DNA from: a virus
IMG/VR virus record: IMGVR_UViG_2617271008_000003
Coordinates: 1-64,000 of that record
DNA: 64,000 nt
Direction: 5' to 3' (one strand)
The notes beneath the pieces were generated by a model. It saw only the letters and a program-made list of their open reading frames with translations. It was not told the origin of the DNA and did no database searches. Position 1 is the first letter of the stretch; every line of letters starts with the position of its first letter. The position numbers and the translations under genes are program-made. Positions 16,020 through 25,049 of the stretch are shown here, one piece after another.

Positions 16020-16436
16020 CGGCGTGGGATCGTCGGGCCCCTTAGCAAGAAGCCCGCTGATGTAGGCCTCTACCTTCGCGCGGCCGAGATCGTCAAGTTG
16101 GGACCATCCGTCCGGCGCTCCCATCAGATTGGATGGCCGCGGGCGAGGGGCTACTAGATCGATTACCTCTCCGCTGGTACTTTCTCTCCATGCGCGCTCG
16201 AACTCCAACGCCACCTTCTCGCCAAACGACTTGGACCGCGCCATATCGTTGATCTGCTGAGGCAATCTTTTCATACGACGAGCGACTTCCGCCTGACCAT
16301 AGATATCTACTAGGGCGGCAAGCGCTTGGCGCCGCATCTCGGTGACTTCAGCGTGTGTCAAAAGTTGATCGTCCATGTGCGAAATTAGACCATCGCACAC
16401 CATTTGGTGAAATAAACCGAATGGTGTTGAATGCAT
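15987..16436 (-). CDS. CI-like phage repressor (XRE-type HTH, no S24 peptidase domain)
   Basis: HTH GQAEVARRMKRLPQQINDMARSKSFGEKVALEFERAW. Divergent from the Cro-like gene with operator palindromes in between. Candidate start ATG lies inside the operator CACCAAATGGTG, suggesting a leaderless transcript. Confidence 0.55.
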   Translation of the reverse strand: MHSTPFGLFHQMVCDGLISHMDDQLLTHAEVTEMRRQALAALVDIYGQAEVARRMKRLPQQINDMARSKSFGEKVALEFERAWRESTSGEVIDLVAPRPRPSNLMGAPDGWSQLDDLGRAKVEAYISGLLAKGPDDPTPLTSDGRYPSD

Positions 16437-16450
16437 AAACCATACGGTGT
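16397..16450. promoter_or_regulatory. Three operator palindromes (OR candidate): CACCATTTGGTG, ACCGAATGGTG, ACCATACGGTG
   Basis: Tandem near-perfect ACC-N4/5-GGT palindromes in the 86-bp divergent intergenic region. Confidence 0.55.
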
Positions 16451-16704
16451 ACTATTCCCGTATGGACAAGCTCAAATCCTTCCTGGCTGGCTACCGACCC
16501 GACGACCGAGAGGTGTTCGCTGCTCGTTGCGGGACCACTGCTGCATTTCTCAGAAACGTCGTGTACGGGCAGCGCAAGCCCGGAGAAAAGCTATGCGTCG
16601 CGATCGAACGCGCTACCGAAGGCGCAGTGACGCGCCGCGATCTTCGCCCCGACGACTGGCAGGACATCTGGCCCGAGCTGGTCGAGCTGAAGGAGGTCGC
16701 ATGA
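16447..16704 (+). CDS. Cro-like DNA-binding protein (YdaS/Cro family HTH)
   Basis: 85 aa ...FAARCGTTAAFLRNVVYGQRKPGEKLCVAIERATEG.. typical of the YdaS-like Cro family. Divergent from the CI-like gene. Confidence 0.55.
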   Translation: MYYSRMDKLKSFLAGYRPDDREVFAARCGTTAAFLRNVVYGQRKPGEKLCVAIERATEGAVTRRDLRPDDWQDIWPELVELKEVA

Positions 16705-16984
16705 ATTCAGTCGGATTCCATCGCTTCCCAGGCGCGCGGTCCAAACAAGCATTCGAGTCTCGATAGGTTTCGAGACTCAACCAGTGGTCTCCATCCGCGT
16801 TTAACCCCCGACGCGGTGTGGTTTGGCAAGTCTTCGGGCTTGCCCTTTTTATGAGGTGCTGGCTTGCGATGCGCAGGCTGGTCATGAGAGTTCCGTGTTA
16901 AGGCATCCTAAGCGACGCCTAAATTTGACGCGGTGCGCAATGGTTAAGGCAACAAGCAGCAACGGAAAAAACAATAGGTACCTG

Positions 16985-17413
16985 ATGAAGAATTTCAATG
17001 AACTGGTCCAGCTCGCACTGCCGACGATTGTCGACATCCCTGCGCCTCGCCAGTTGGACGAGCAGTTGATCGCTTCCTGCAAGGACTATTCGGATGCCGT
17101 GTGCTTGTGCCTGGAGAGCCGTCTGCGCCGTATTCGCGAGGGCGAGATCGCTGAATATCTCGGCTTCTCGGCTCCGCATCTGGCGAAGGTCAAGGGTGGC
17201 CGAGGCTACCTGACGACAGACCAGGAGTTGATTCTTCAGCGTCTATGTTCGAACTGGGCGATCAAGCAATACGCCGAGATGCGTGAACGAGAAATCGAAC
17301 GGTTGATCGAGCAGGATCGCCCTGCCCTGTCGGCCGACATGGAGGCCATGGTGATGCGTCTGGTTGAGCAGCGCCTGGCGGAACACCAACAACGTGCAGT
17401 GAGGTCGGCATGA
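16985..17413 (+). CDS. Hypothetical DNA-binding protein (CII-like position)
   Basis: HTH-like EIAEYLGFSAPHLAKVKGG. Start uncertain; alternatives at 16823 and 16940. Confidence 0.35.
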   Translation: MKNFNELVQLALPTIVDIPAPRQLDEQLIASCKDYSDAVCLCLESRLRRIREGEIAEYLGFSAPHLAKVKGGRGYLTTDQELILQRLCSNWAIKQYAEMREREIERLIEQDRPALSADMEAMVMRLVEQRLAEHQQRAVRSA

Positions 17414-17595
17414 AAGACTGGGCACTTTTTAACGGGCCTGCGCTCGTGGTGATCGACATCCCGACACGCACCTATGTCCGCTACTTCGGCAACAAGATGA
17501 CGATCCGCGCACGATCCGAAGAGGGCTATCTGACTGCGGCGGAGATCGAGCTGTTTCGGGTCGATCCGCATCGGTTCATGGGCATTCCGGAATAA
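17410..17595 (+). CDS. Hypothetical small protein
   Basis: 61 aa ORF. ATGA overlap with the upstream gene. Confidence 0.3.
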   Translation: MKDWALFNGPALVVIDIPTRTYVRYFGNKMTIRARSEEGYLTAAEIELFRVDPHRFMGIPE

Positions 17596-17607
17596 CGGAG
17601 CGACACA

Positions 17608-18543
17608 GTGACTGAAAGCGTAGCCCCGTTGACGCCTCCAGACTGCGACTTGAGGGATTTCCCCTTCATGCCGCTCGACATCGTTCGCTTGTTCAATTCG
17701 GAGTTTCATGCACGCAGCACTGATGCGGAATTTCGAGCTGGATTCACGCTCTGGTGTAAGTCGTTCCACCAGGTTCCTTCCGCCTCGATTCCTGACGACG
17801 ATGTTTCTCTGACGCGCCTTGCCGAAATGGGCCGAGACGTAAAGGGATGGAAGAAACTTCGCGATGGTGCATTGTATGGCTGGGTGAAATGCACGGATGG
17901 TCGCTGGTATCACCCGGTTGTCGCAGAAAAGGCACTTGAGGCATGGAATGGCAAGAAAGCCCAGCGTGCGCGTACATCCAAGGCGCGCCTACAGGCTCTG
18001 TTGACGCGTCTGTCTCAGGCTAAGGATTCCTTAGATTCTGCGTCTATCGAAGATAGCATACAGACTCTATTGGGGACTCTGTCACAGACTCTGTCACAGA
18101 ACGAATTCAAGTCTGTAACAGAGTCTGTCAATGCTTCGCTGACAGAAGCCAAGAGAAAGGGAAAGAGAGAGGGAGAGGGAAAGGGAGACTCTAGTAATTC
18201 CGTTCCTGGCGGAACGGGCGCTGAAGCGCCGACCGACTCAGGGTCGATGACGAAGGATGAGCTTTGGAGCGCCGGCAAATCCCTGCTTGAACAATCGGGG
18301 ATGCCTGCCAAGCAATGCGGAACCTTTGTCGGCAAGCTCGTGAAGGATTACGACGCGGAAACCGTGATGGATGCGGTGCGGCGCGCTGTGCTGGAGCGCC
18401 CCGCTGATCCCGCGTCGTTTCTGAAGGCGACCTGCCAGCACATTGCGGGCGAGCTCGCCGGGAAAAATGCAAAGCCGAGCCGCCACGGCGGGTTCGATCA
18501 AATCGACTATCGCGAAGGAGTGGCACCCGATGGTTCGTTCTGA
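17608..18543 (+). CDS. Phage replication protein (DUF1376 / YdaU-like N-terminal domain)
   Basis: N-terminal FPFMPLDIVRLFNSEF...FRAGFTLWCKSFHQVPSASIP matches the DUF1376 primosomal/replication family. Lies upstream of the DnaC-like loader. Confidence 0.55.
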   Translation: MTESVAPLTPPDCDLRDFPFMPLDIVRLFNSEFHARSTDAEFRAGFTLWCKSFHQVPSASIPDDDVSLTRLAEMGRDVKGWKKLRDGALYGWVKCTDGRWYHPVVAEKALEAWNGKKAQRARTSKARLQALLTRLSQAKDSLDSASIEDSIQTLLGTLSQTLSQNEFKSVTESVNASLTEAKRKGKREGEGKGDSSNSVPGGTGAEAPTDSGSMTKDELWSAGKSLLEQSGMPAKQCGTFVGKLVKDYDAETVMDAVRRAVLERPADPASFLKATCQHIAGELAGKNAKPSRHGGFDQIDYREGVAPDGSF

Positions 18544-19309
18544 GATTACGCAACTGACGCGTCCGTCGATCTGCGAAACGCATGGCGTGTTCGAGGAAAA
18601 GGGCATGACGCTTCCGTTCGGCGGGCGCCGGACGATTTGGGCGGGCTGCCCTGCATGTGAGCAGGCCCGGGCTAATGCAGCCGCAGCGGAGCGTGCAGCA
18701 AACGACAAGCATGAACGCCAGGCGCGCATCGAGCAGCGGCTTGACCGAGCCGGTATTCCGGCTCGGTTTCGCGATCGGACGTTTGAAAATTTCGTCGCTG
18801 ATACCGAGCCGAAGCGCGCAGCTTTGCGCGTGGCGCGAGAGTTCGCCGACGCATTTCCCGAGCACCTGAAGAACGGCACGACGATCGTGTTCTCGGGCAA
18901 GCCCGGCACTGGCAAGAGCCACCTGGCTATCGCCGCTGCGATGGTGGTGATGCAGCGTCACACGGCGATGTACATCAATGCGCTCGACATGATTCGGATG
19001 GTGCGGGCGACGTGGCGCCGGGACTCAGAGGTTTCGGAATCGACCGTGCTGTCCGACCTGTCGTCCGTGGCCCTGCTGGTCATCGATGAGGTGGGAATGC
19101 AGTACGGCACCGAAGGCGAGCAAGTGATCTTGTTCGACGTGATCAACCGTCGCTATCGCGATCTCATGCCGACCATTTTGCTCACGAACCTGGGCGTCAA
19201 GGGCATGAAGGAATTTTTGGGCGAACGCAGTTTCGACCGAACCCGCGAAGGCGGTATATGGGTCGCCTTTGACTGGGATTCATATCGTGGATCAAGAAAA
19301 GCAGCCTGA
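18530..19309 (+). CDS. DnaC/IstB-like AAA+ helicase loader
   Basis: Walker A GKPGTGKSHLA and Walker B LLVIDEVG. Start chosen at the ATG after AAGGAG; the ORF track ORF begins at 18443. Confidence 0.75.
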   Translation: MVRSEITQLTRPSICETHGVFEEKGMTLPFGGRRTIWAGCPACEQARANAAAAERAANDKHERQARIEQRLDRAGIPARFRDRTFENFVADTEPKRAALRVAREFADAFPEHLKNGTTIVFSGKPGTGKSHLAIAAAMVVMQRHTAMYINALDMIRMVRATWRRDSEVSESTVLSDLSSVALLVIDEVGMQYGTEGEQVILFDVINRRYRDLMPTILLTNLGVKGMKEFLGERSFDRTREGGIWVAFDWDSYRGSRKAA

Positions 19310-19490
19310 AAGGATCTGTCGAACCTGCCGTCATGCCTCCACGGAACAGGGCAATGAATCGCACTACCGAGTTGGCCTGAGGAACTGCAAGCATCGTCCG
19401 ATATGGATGTTCGTTATGGGAAATCAGACGTGCGATAGGTGGGCGCCAACAATGACGCAGAAGGCGCGGGAAAATTTTGATGACGCATGA
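19269..19490 (+). CDS. Hypothetical Cys-containing small protein
   Basis: 73 aa CRTCRH...C..C. Confidence 0.3.
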   Translation: MTGIHIVDQEKQPERICRTCRHASTEQGNESHYRVGLRNCKHRPIWMFVMGNQTCDRWAPTMTQKARENFDDA

Positions 19491-19799
19491 GTGAGGTATG
19501 TGATGAGCACAACCGTTGTTCGTGAATGCTTACGTAGCACTGCTTACGGTTCGTATGGGTATCGGATCGCCAAAGATGCGGGAGTTCCTTACCTCGCGAT
19601 CGAGCAAGCGATTTCATACATGGCGAGACGCGGCCAATTGGATCTCGTCCAGCGTGGCCGCACGTTGATGGACTCGATCTGGCGTCTTCCCACGGACAGC
19701 ACGCCTGCCGTTTTTCATGCTCTTGAGACGCTCACGAAGTTCCAACAGGCTGCACACAAGGCGACCACCGCCCGTCAAATGGAACTGGAGATTGCATGA
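19491..19799 (+). CDS. Hypothetical phage protein
   Basis: 102 aa ORF. Confidence 0.35.
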   Translation: MRYVMSTTVVRECLRSTAYGSYGYRIAKDAGVPYLAIEQAISYMARRGQLDLVQRGRTLMDSIWRLPTDSTPAVFHALETLTKFQQAAHKATTARQMELEIA

Positions 19800-20287
19800 T
19801 GGGAACCACCAAGAAACCGCGACGCAAGTACGATCCGAATCGTTGCATCCTCCGCATCTCGAACAATGTTGAGCGCCGGATGGATGCCAATCCGCTCACC
19901 GAAGATCGCCAGCGCGATCTCGGCCTTCAGTACCACATCGCATTCGAAAACATGCTTCGAGTTGGCAATGAGGAATCTTGGTACATCCTCGCCGGATCGA
20001 TGAACGTTGCTCTTGTTCTCGCAGAAAAAGGGTATGGCGAGGAATACATCCCCGAGATCAAGACTGCCATGTTGGGTTTGATGTCGATCAAATACAGAGC
20101 AGACGCGGGTGGTCCATGGAAGTTTGGCGAAGCGGGCGAAAAAGCGATGCGGCGTGCGATCGAGTTACACGATCAATGTCAACTTGCGACGCGCAAGGAA
20201 ATCAAGCAAGCGCTTCAGGTGATTGTGGAACGTGCTCGGCAAGGGCACATGTACGCAGCAGAAGACTGCCTTCTGGAGGTGGTGTGA
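19796..20287 (+). CDS. Hypothetical phage protein
   Basis: 163 aa ORF, ATGA-coupled to neighbours. Confidence 0.4.
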   Translation: MMGTTKKPRRKYDPNRCILRISNNVERRMDANPLTEDRQRDLGLQYHIAFENMLRVGNEESWYILAGSMNVALVLAEKGYGEEYIPEIKTAMLGLMSIKYRADAGGPWKFGEAGEKAMRRAIELHDQCQLATRKEIKQALQVIVERARQGHMYAAEDCLLEVV

Positions 20288-20289
20288 TG

Positions 20290-21006
20290 GGTGCGAAAGC
20301 TTGGACTGAAGACGAGATTAAGTATGTTCGCGATTGGTATGCATCCGGGAAGATGATTAAAGATTGCAAAATTCCTGGAAAATCCTCCGATGCGATAAAA
20401 AGCTATGCACACAGCCATGGCATTGAAAACCCGAAATATCGGGCATGGACGGAAGAAGAGGATGCAAAGCTCTCGAAGATCTGGGAAACCGACGAAACCA
20501 TTAAACATGGCATGCACATTCTCCCCGGTAGAACATACAATGCGGCACGGGTTCGTGCTCGACTCTTGAAATTAGACGCGAAAAAATCGGCTCGCATTGG
20601 ATCGAAATCTGTGATTTTATCGCTCGCGATAAGTACCATGAAAAAACGCGGACCCATGACTGTCGATGAAATTGCAAATATCGCCGGCATCAATCGATCG
20701 TCTTTACGGCAAGTTTTTAAAAAGGTACGGGGCATAGACGTTCATGTGTCCGGCTGGAAAAAGGTGGATGCGAATCACCAAAGCATGATTTTTGCCGTCG
20801 GTCCCGGCCAAGATGCGCCGAAGCCGGCGCCGAAGACGTGCAATCAAAGCTGGAAGGAGTACAAGCGGAAGAAAGCCATCGAAAGGGGGAAATATAACCC
20901 CTTCTCGATCGCCGCCGGATTAATCAATGTGCCAGATGCGCCTCAAGGACGTGTGTACAAACAAGACATGACGATCTACTCGAATAATCTGGAGGACGCA
21001 GCATGA
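20290..21006 (+). CDS. SANT/Myb-like HTH protein
   Basis: Two W..EDE..W repeats (WTEDEIKYVRDWY, WTEEEDAKLSKIW). Start at the ATG overlapping the upstream stop. Confidence 0.4.
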   Translation, partial: GAKAWTEDEIKYVRDWYASGKMIKDCKIPGKSSDAIKSYAHSHGIENPKYRAWTEEEDAKLSKIWETDETIKHGMHILPGRTYNAARVRARLLKLDAKKSARIGSKSVILSLAISTMKKRGPMTVDEIANIAGINRSSLRQVFKKVRGIDVHVSGWKKVDANHQSMIFAVGPGQDAPKPAPKTCNQSWKEYKRKKAIERGKYNPFSIAAGLINVPDAPQGRVYKQDMTIYSNNLEDAA

Positions 21007-21425
21007 TGAGCCTGTACGTTTCCGGCCCGATGACGGGTCGTCCGAATATGAACTTCGAGGCCTTCAACGATTTGACATGTCGTCTTCGATGGCTTGGCTA
21101 TACCGTGACGAATCCGGTTGAAATCAACCCTGATCCATCGGCCGACTGGCTGGACTGCATCGCTGCTGACATTGCAGCCATGCGCTACGTGGACGGAATC
21201 GTTCAAATGCCTGGCTGGGAGACATCCTTCGGAGCGTGGATCGAATACCTTGTCGCTTTGAAATATGGGCTTGATGTCTATTGCGTCGCAGATTCAAGGA
21301 TCGGTTATATCAAGAAAACCGCATCGCACCCGCTTTCGATCTGGTCGTCAATTTCCTATGCCGGAGCCCTTCTTGCCTTGCGCTGCTTCAAAACGAAACG
21401 GGCAAAATATCGGGAAGCGGTGTGA
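21003..21425 (+). CDS. DUF4406-family protein (nucleoside 2-deoxyribosyltransferase-like)
   Basis: MMSLYVSGPMTGRPNMNFEAFNDL... matches the DUF4406 N-terminal pattern (YLAGPMTG..N...F). Confidence 0.55.
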   Translation: MMSLYVSGPMTGRPNMNFEAFNDLTCRLRWLGYTVTNPVEINPDPSADWLDCIAADIAAMRYVDGIVQMPGWETSFGAWIEYLVALKYGLDVYCVADSRIGYIKKTASHPLSIWSSISYAGALLALRCFKTKRAKYREAV

Positions 21426-21428
21426 GCC

Positions 21429-21650
21429 ATGCAGTCCCGTCGTGCATCCATTTGTGAAGCGGCCACCAGTACCGCAATCGGCTGCCTGATCAATATGGTG
21501 ACGAATTATGTTGTGCTTCCGCACTATGGAATGCGGATCAGCATGGCTGATAACTTTGCGCTGACGGCAATTTATACAGCAATCAGCTTCGCACGCTCAT
21601 ATGGCGTCAGAAGACTGTTTGCAAACATTCGAGAACGAAATATCAGATGA
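21429..21650 (+). CDS. Hypothetical small membrane protein
   Basis: 73 aa with two hydrophobic segments. Confidence 0.35.
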   Translation: MQSRRASICEAATSTAIGCLINMVTNYVVLPHYGMRISMADNFALTAIYTAISFARSYGVRRLFANIRERNIR

Positions 21651-21678
21651 ATTTTCAGACAATCAAGCCACGCGCTAG

Positions 21679-22888
21679 GGAAACGCTGATTAATAGGCAA
21701 ACGCGCAAGCTTGTCGGCCGTGCTGACGCGCAAATTCCGGATGCCGAAGTGAATCGCAGCGAATTCGGGGAAGTTTGCCCCGGGAAAGCGCCTCATTTCC
21801 TGCATTTTTCATACACGTGACGGACTACTGCCATGAACCGAGCGCAACCGATTTCGCGCGATCACCAAGTTCGCCAAAGCGAACAGGCTGAACAGTTGCG
21901 CCGTGTTCTTCGCCAGTCCCTTGTAGCGCACCTTGCGATGACGGAACAGGTTCTTGACGACGTGAAACGGATGCTCGACCCGCGCGCGAATTTGTGCCTT
22001 GGTTCGCTCGAGCGCGATCACCAGATCCTTCAGTGCACCATCCTGCATCGCCTTGATCTTTCCTCGCTTGGCCGCCACGCGCCACTTCACCGACAGGTCC
22101 TTCATTTCATTGCGCTTGTCTACGCCGATGTAGCCCGCGTCGCCGAACGCTTCTTGCTCGTGACCATGCAACAGCGCGTGCGCTTGCGAAACATCCGACA
22201 CGTTGGCGGACGTGCCGACCACGCTGTGAACCAGCCCCGAATCGGCATCGACGCCGATGTGCGCCTTCATGCCGAAGTGCCACTCGTTGCCTTTCTTCGT
22301 TTGATGCATGTCCGGATCGCGACGCTTCTCGGCGTTCTTGGTCGACGACGGCGCTTCGATGATCGTCGCGTCGACCAGCGTGCCTTCCTTCATCATCAGC
22401 CCGCGTTCGCACAGCGAGGTGCCAATCTCGTCGAACAGTTTGCGCGTCAGGTCATGTTCAAGCAGCAGGCGCCGGAACTTCAGCAGCGTGGTCGCATCCG
22501 GCACGGTCTCGACGGCCAGATCTATCCCGGCGAAGGCTCGCATCGCGATGCTGTCGTACAGCGCATCCTCCAGCCCTTCGTCCGACAGGCTGTACCACTG
22601 CTGCAGGAAGTAGATTCGAAGCATCCGCTCCAGACCGATCGGCGGGCGGCCACGCTCGCCCTTCGGGTAGTACGGCTCGATTGCCATCAGCAACCGCGAC
22701 CACGGCACCAGCTTCTCCATCTCGTCCAGGAAACGCTGGCGCCGGGTCACGCGCTTCTTGCCCGCGCTTTCCGCTTCCGCAAAGCTCATTTGCCGTTTCA
22801 TCGTCGTGGATTCGTTCCGTGAACTGTCTTCTACAACGTCCTCGGCTACGTCAGCGATGACCGCCGAGCCGGATAAATCAGTGTTTCC
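21679..22888 (-). mobile_element. IS5-family insertion sequence (1210 bp) with CTAG target-site duplication
   Basis: Terminal inverted repeats GGAAACGCTGATTAATAGG (left) and GGAAACACTGATTTATCCGG (right, reverse complement). Flanked by 4-bp CTAG on both sides. Encodes a single DDE transposase. Confidence 0.8.
21809..22801 (-). CDS. IS5-family DDE transposase
   Basis: 330 aa. N-terminal MSFAEAE..RQRFLDEMEKLVPW and C-terminal ..HPFHVVKNLFRHRKVRYKGLAKN are typical of the IS5 family. Confidence 0.9.
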   Translation of the reverse strand: MKRQMSFAEAESAGKKRVTRRQRFLDEMEKLVPWSRLLMAIEPYYPKGERGRPPIGLERMLRIYFLQQWYSLSDEGLEDALYDSIAMRAFAGIDLAVETVPDATTLLKFRRLLLEHDLTRKLFDEIGTSLCERGLMMKEGTLVDATIIEAPSSTKNAEKRRDPDMHQTKKGNEWHFGMKAHIGVDADSGLVHSVVGTSANVSDVSQAHALLHGHEQEAFGDAGYIGVDKRNEMKDLSVKWRVAAKRGKIKAMQDGALKDLVIALERTKAQIRARVEHPFHVVKNLFRHRKVRYKGLAKNTAQLFSLFALANLVIARNRLRSVHGSSPSRV

Positions 22889-23039
22889 CTAGATGCATGA
22901 TGGACGCCGCATCCGGACGTCGTATCTGGCGTATCACCTTCCCTGATAGCCACACGAGATACATAGCATCGTCTCTCGATGGAGCAATTGGCGTCGCGTT
23001 TCGCTGCCGGCTGGCCCGGCTTACCGCTAGGAGCTACGT

Positions 23040-23210
23040 ATGATTTTCACATCAGAATTGATCGTTCGCGTCGGGATTCTCCAGCGACAAATTGTCGAGG
23101 CTAGTGCGAAGGGATTTTCGAAGAATGGCGCCGCACTGAAGCTCGTCAACGAGCTCAAGGATCTGGTCGATGACCTTGAAGCCAAGGCAACGGAGGAATA
23201 TCTCAAATGA
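23040..23210 (+). CDS. Hypothetical small coiled-coil protein (56 aa)
   Basis: Below the ORF-track size cutoff. SD GGAGCTACGT before the ATG. TGA/ATG overlap with the next gene. Confidence 0.3.
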   Translation: MIFTSELIVRVGILQRQIVEASAKGFSKNGAALKLVNELKDLVDDLEAKATEEYLK

Positions 23211-23710
23211 GCAAAGAAAATCCGAAGGATGCCATCGCTGTCAACAAGATGCCGAGCCATCTAGTATCGCCGATCGTCAAGGCATACCAAGCAATCGCCA
23301 GTTTCCTTGGCAACGTGAAATACGGGGCGTGGAACTATCGCGTTGCCGGCGCACGCGCTTCGGTCTATCGGGCCGCTCTCGATCGACACATGGATGCATG
23401 GTGGGAAGGCGAAGAACTGGATGCGATGGATGGAACGCCGCATCTAGCCAATGCCCTTGCCTGTATCGGGATCCTGATCGACGCAAAGCACGCGGGAAAG
23501 TTGATCGATGATCGGCCGCCGAGCCTTGGTCCGGAGCTTGCCAATGTGCGTGCTGAATTCGAGGCCATGATGCCGAAGATTCGTGAGCAATATGCTGATC
23601 GCGATCCGCGCCACTACACGATCAACGATGCGATGAACGAGCATGCGGCTCGCGAGGAAGATGCTCGTCTGATCGAGTCAAGCAATAGCTCCGCCATCGT
23701 CCAAATTTAG
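23207..23710 (+). CDS. Hypothetical phage protein
   Basis: 167 aa ORF. Confidence 0.4.
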   Translation: MSKENPKDAIAVNKMPSHLVSPIVKAYQAIASFLGNVKYGAWNYRVAGARASVYRAALDRHMDAWWEGEELDAMDGTPHLANALACIGILIDAKHAGKLIDDRPPSLGPELANVRAEFEAMMPKIREQYADRDPRHYTINDAMNEHAAREEDARLIESSNSSAIVQI

Positions 23711-23836
23711 CGAAAAAATCTTGCCGATCAAGTAGATATCCGTCTGCGAACTCGGCAAGATACAAATAGGAATCCGAATTTTAGTTCGATGGTTCGATGG
23801 TTTGGTGAGACAGTCGCAGGTTCTGTGAGGCTTGCA

Positions 23837-24250
23837 ATGCAAGAAGTTCTCTATCGCGAGTTTGTGATCCGCAACGGCAGCATACTGGCGGCCGCATTTG
23901 CATTCGTCAAGGCGAATGCCAAGGTATTTGCCGATCGCGGCCGACCCTTGCGAATGATCTTGACCTCGGAAGAACGTAAGCGAAATGCCGAACAGAATCG
24001 CTTTTACTTTGGCGTTGTGCTTCGTGACATTTCCGCTCAGGCATGGGTTGATGGGCAGCAGTTTGGAAAAGCGGCTTGGCACGAATATTTCGCGACCCAA
24101 TACGGGGTAATGGAAGAAATGCGCCTTCCTTTCGGCGAGATCGTGTTGCGCCGCAAGTCCACGACGGACATGACGGTTGGCGAATTCTCGACGTACATGA
24201 ACCAGATTCAGGCATATGCGGCTAACGAGCTTGGGGTGGAGTTCGAATGA
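23837..24250 (+). CDS. ninB: NinB/Orf-family recombination protein
   Basis: Aligns with lambda NinB: ..ERKRNAEQNRFYFGVVLRDIS..W...TDMTVGEFSTYMNQIQAYAAN.. Internal ATG start. Confidence 0.65.
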   Translation: MQEVLYREFVIRNGSILAAAFAFVKANAKVFADRGRPLRMILTSEERKRNAEQNRFYFGVVLRDISAQAWVDGQQFGKAAWHEYFATQYGVMEEMRLPFGEIVLRRKSTTDMTVGEFSTYMNQIQAYAANELGVEFE

Positions 24251-24450
24251 AAGTCAGAGAAAAAATGCATGAAAAGTTTGATGTCGAACAAATTGCTAAG
24301 TGCGCTGCATCGGAGAGAGTTCAATTCATGCTTTTTGGGAATGGGTTCCTTGAGGGAATGCTTGCCGCAGCAGAAATACTTGAATCTGAATGGTTCAAGA
24401 CGCAGCAAGAGTGCGTAGAGGCGATCCGCAAGGCTTCGAGGAACGTGTGA
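24247..24450 (+). CDS. Hypothetical small protein
   Basis: 67 aa ORF, coupled to ninG. Confidence 0.3.
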   Translation: MKVREKMHEKFDVEQIAKCAASERVQFMLFGNGFLEGMLAAAEILESEWFKTQQECVEAIRKASRNV

Positions 24451-25049
24451 AAGCCACCCTCAAGCCCAAGAAGTGCCGCGTGTGCCGGGTTGTATTCCAG
24501 CCAGCGCGCTCGATGCAGGTGGTCTGCACGCCGCATTGCGCAGGCGTACTGGCCGAGCGCGCGCGGGCGAAGAAAGCCGAGCAGGCAAAGCGTGCGGAGC
24601 GTAAGAGCCTGCGCGAAGCCAAGACGAAGCTCAAACCCCGGTCTGCATGGATTAGGGAAGCCCAGGCAGCCGTCAACAAGGTTGCGCGCCTCCGAGATAT
24701 CCGCGCAGGCTATGGATGCATTTCGTGCGGTTCTCGGCCAGAACAGCGATACGGTGGCTCTGTCGATGGCGGTCATTTCCGATCGGTTGGCAGTGCGGCG
24801 CATGTGCGGTTTTACCTCCCCAACATAAGGTTGCAGTGTAAAAAGTGCAACCAGCAACTTGGAGGTGCGCACGCGAATTACCGTGTCGGGCTAATCGAGC
24901 GGATCGGAATTGAGCGCGTCGAGGAAATCGAGTCGATGCAATGGACGGCGAAATGGTCAATTGAGTACCTGCAAAGGCTCAAGCGGATTATGAACAAGAA
25001 GGCTCGTCGCCTGGAGCGGCGTATCGAGATGGATAGGGAGGCGGCATGA
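24447..25049 (+). CDS. ninG: NinG/Rap-family protein (recombination-associated endonuclease)
   Basis: KKCRVCR..F..C..HC... CISCGS... CKKCNQQLGGAHANYRVGL is the lambda NinG zinc-cluster pattern. GTG start overlaps the upstream stop. Confidence 0.65.
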   Translation: MKATLKPKKCRVCRVVFQPARSMQVVCTPHCAGVLAERARAKKAEQAKRAERKSLREAKTKLKPRSAWIREAQAAVNKVARLRDIRAGYGCISCGSRPEQRYGGSVDGGHFRSVGSAAHVRFYLPNIRLQCKKCNQQLGGAHANYRVGLIERIGIERVEEIESMQWTAKWSIEYLQRLKRIMNKKARRLERRIEMDREAA

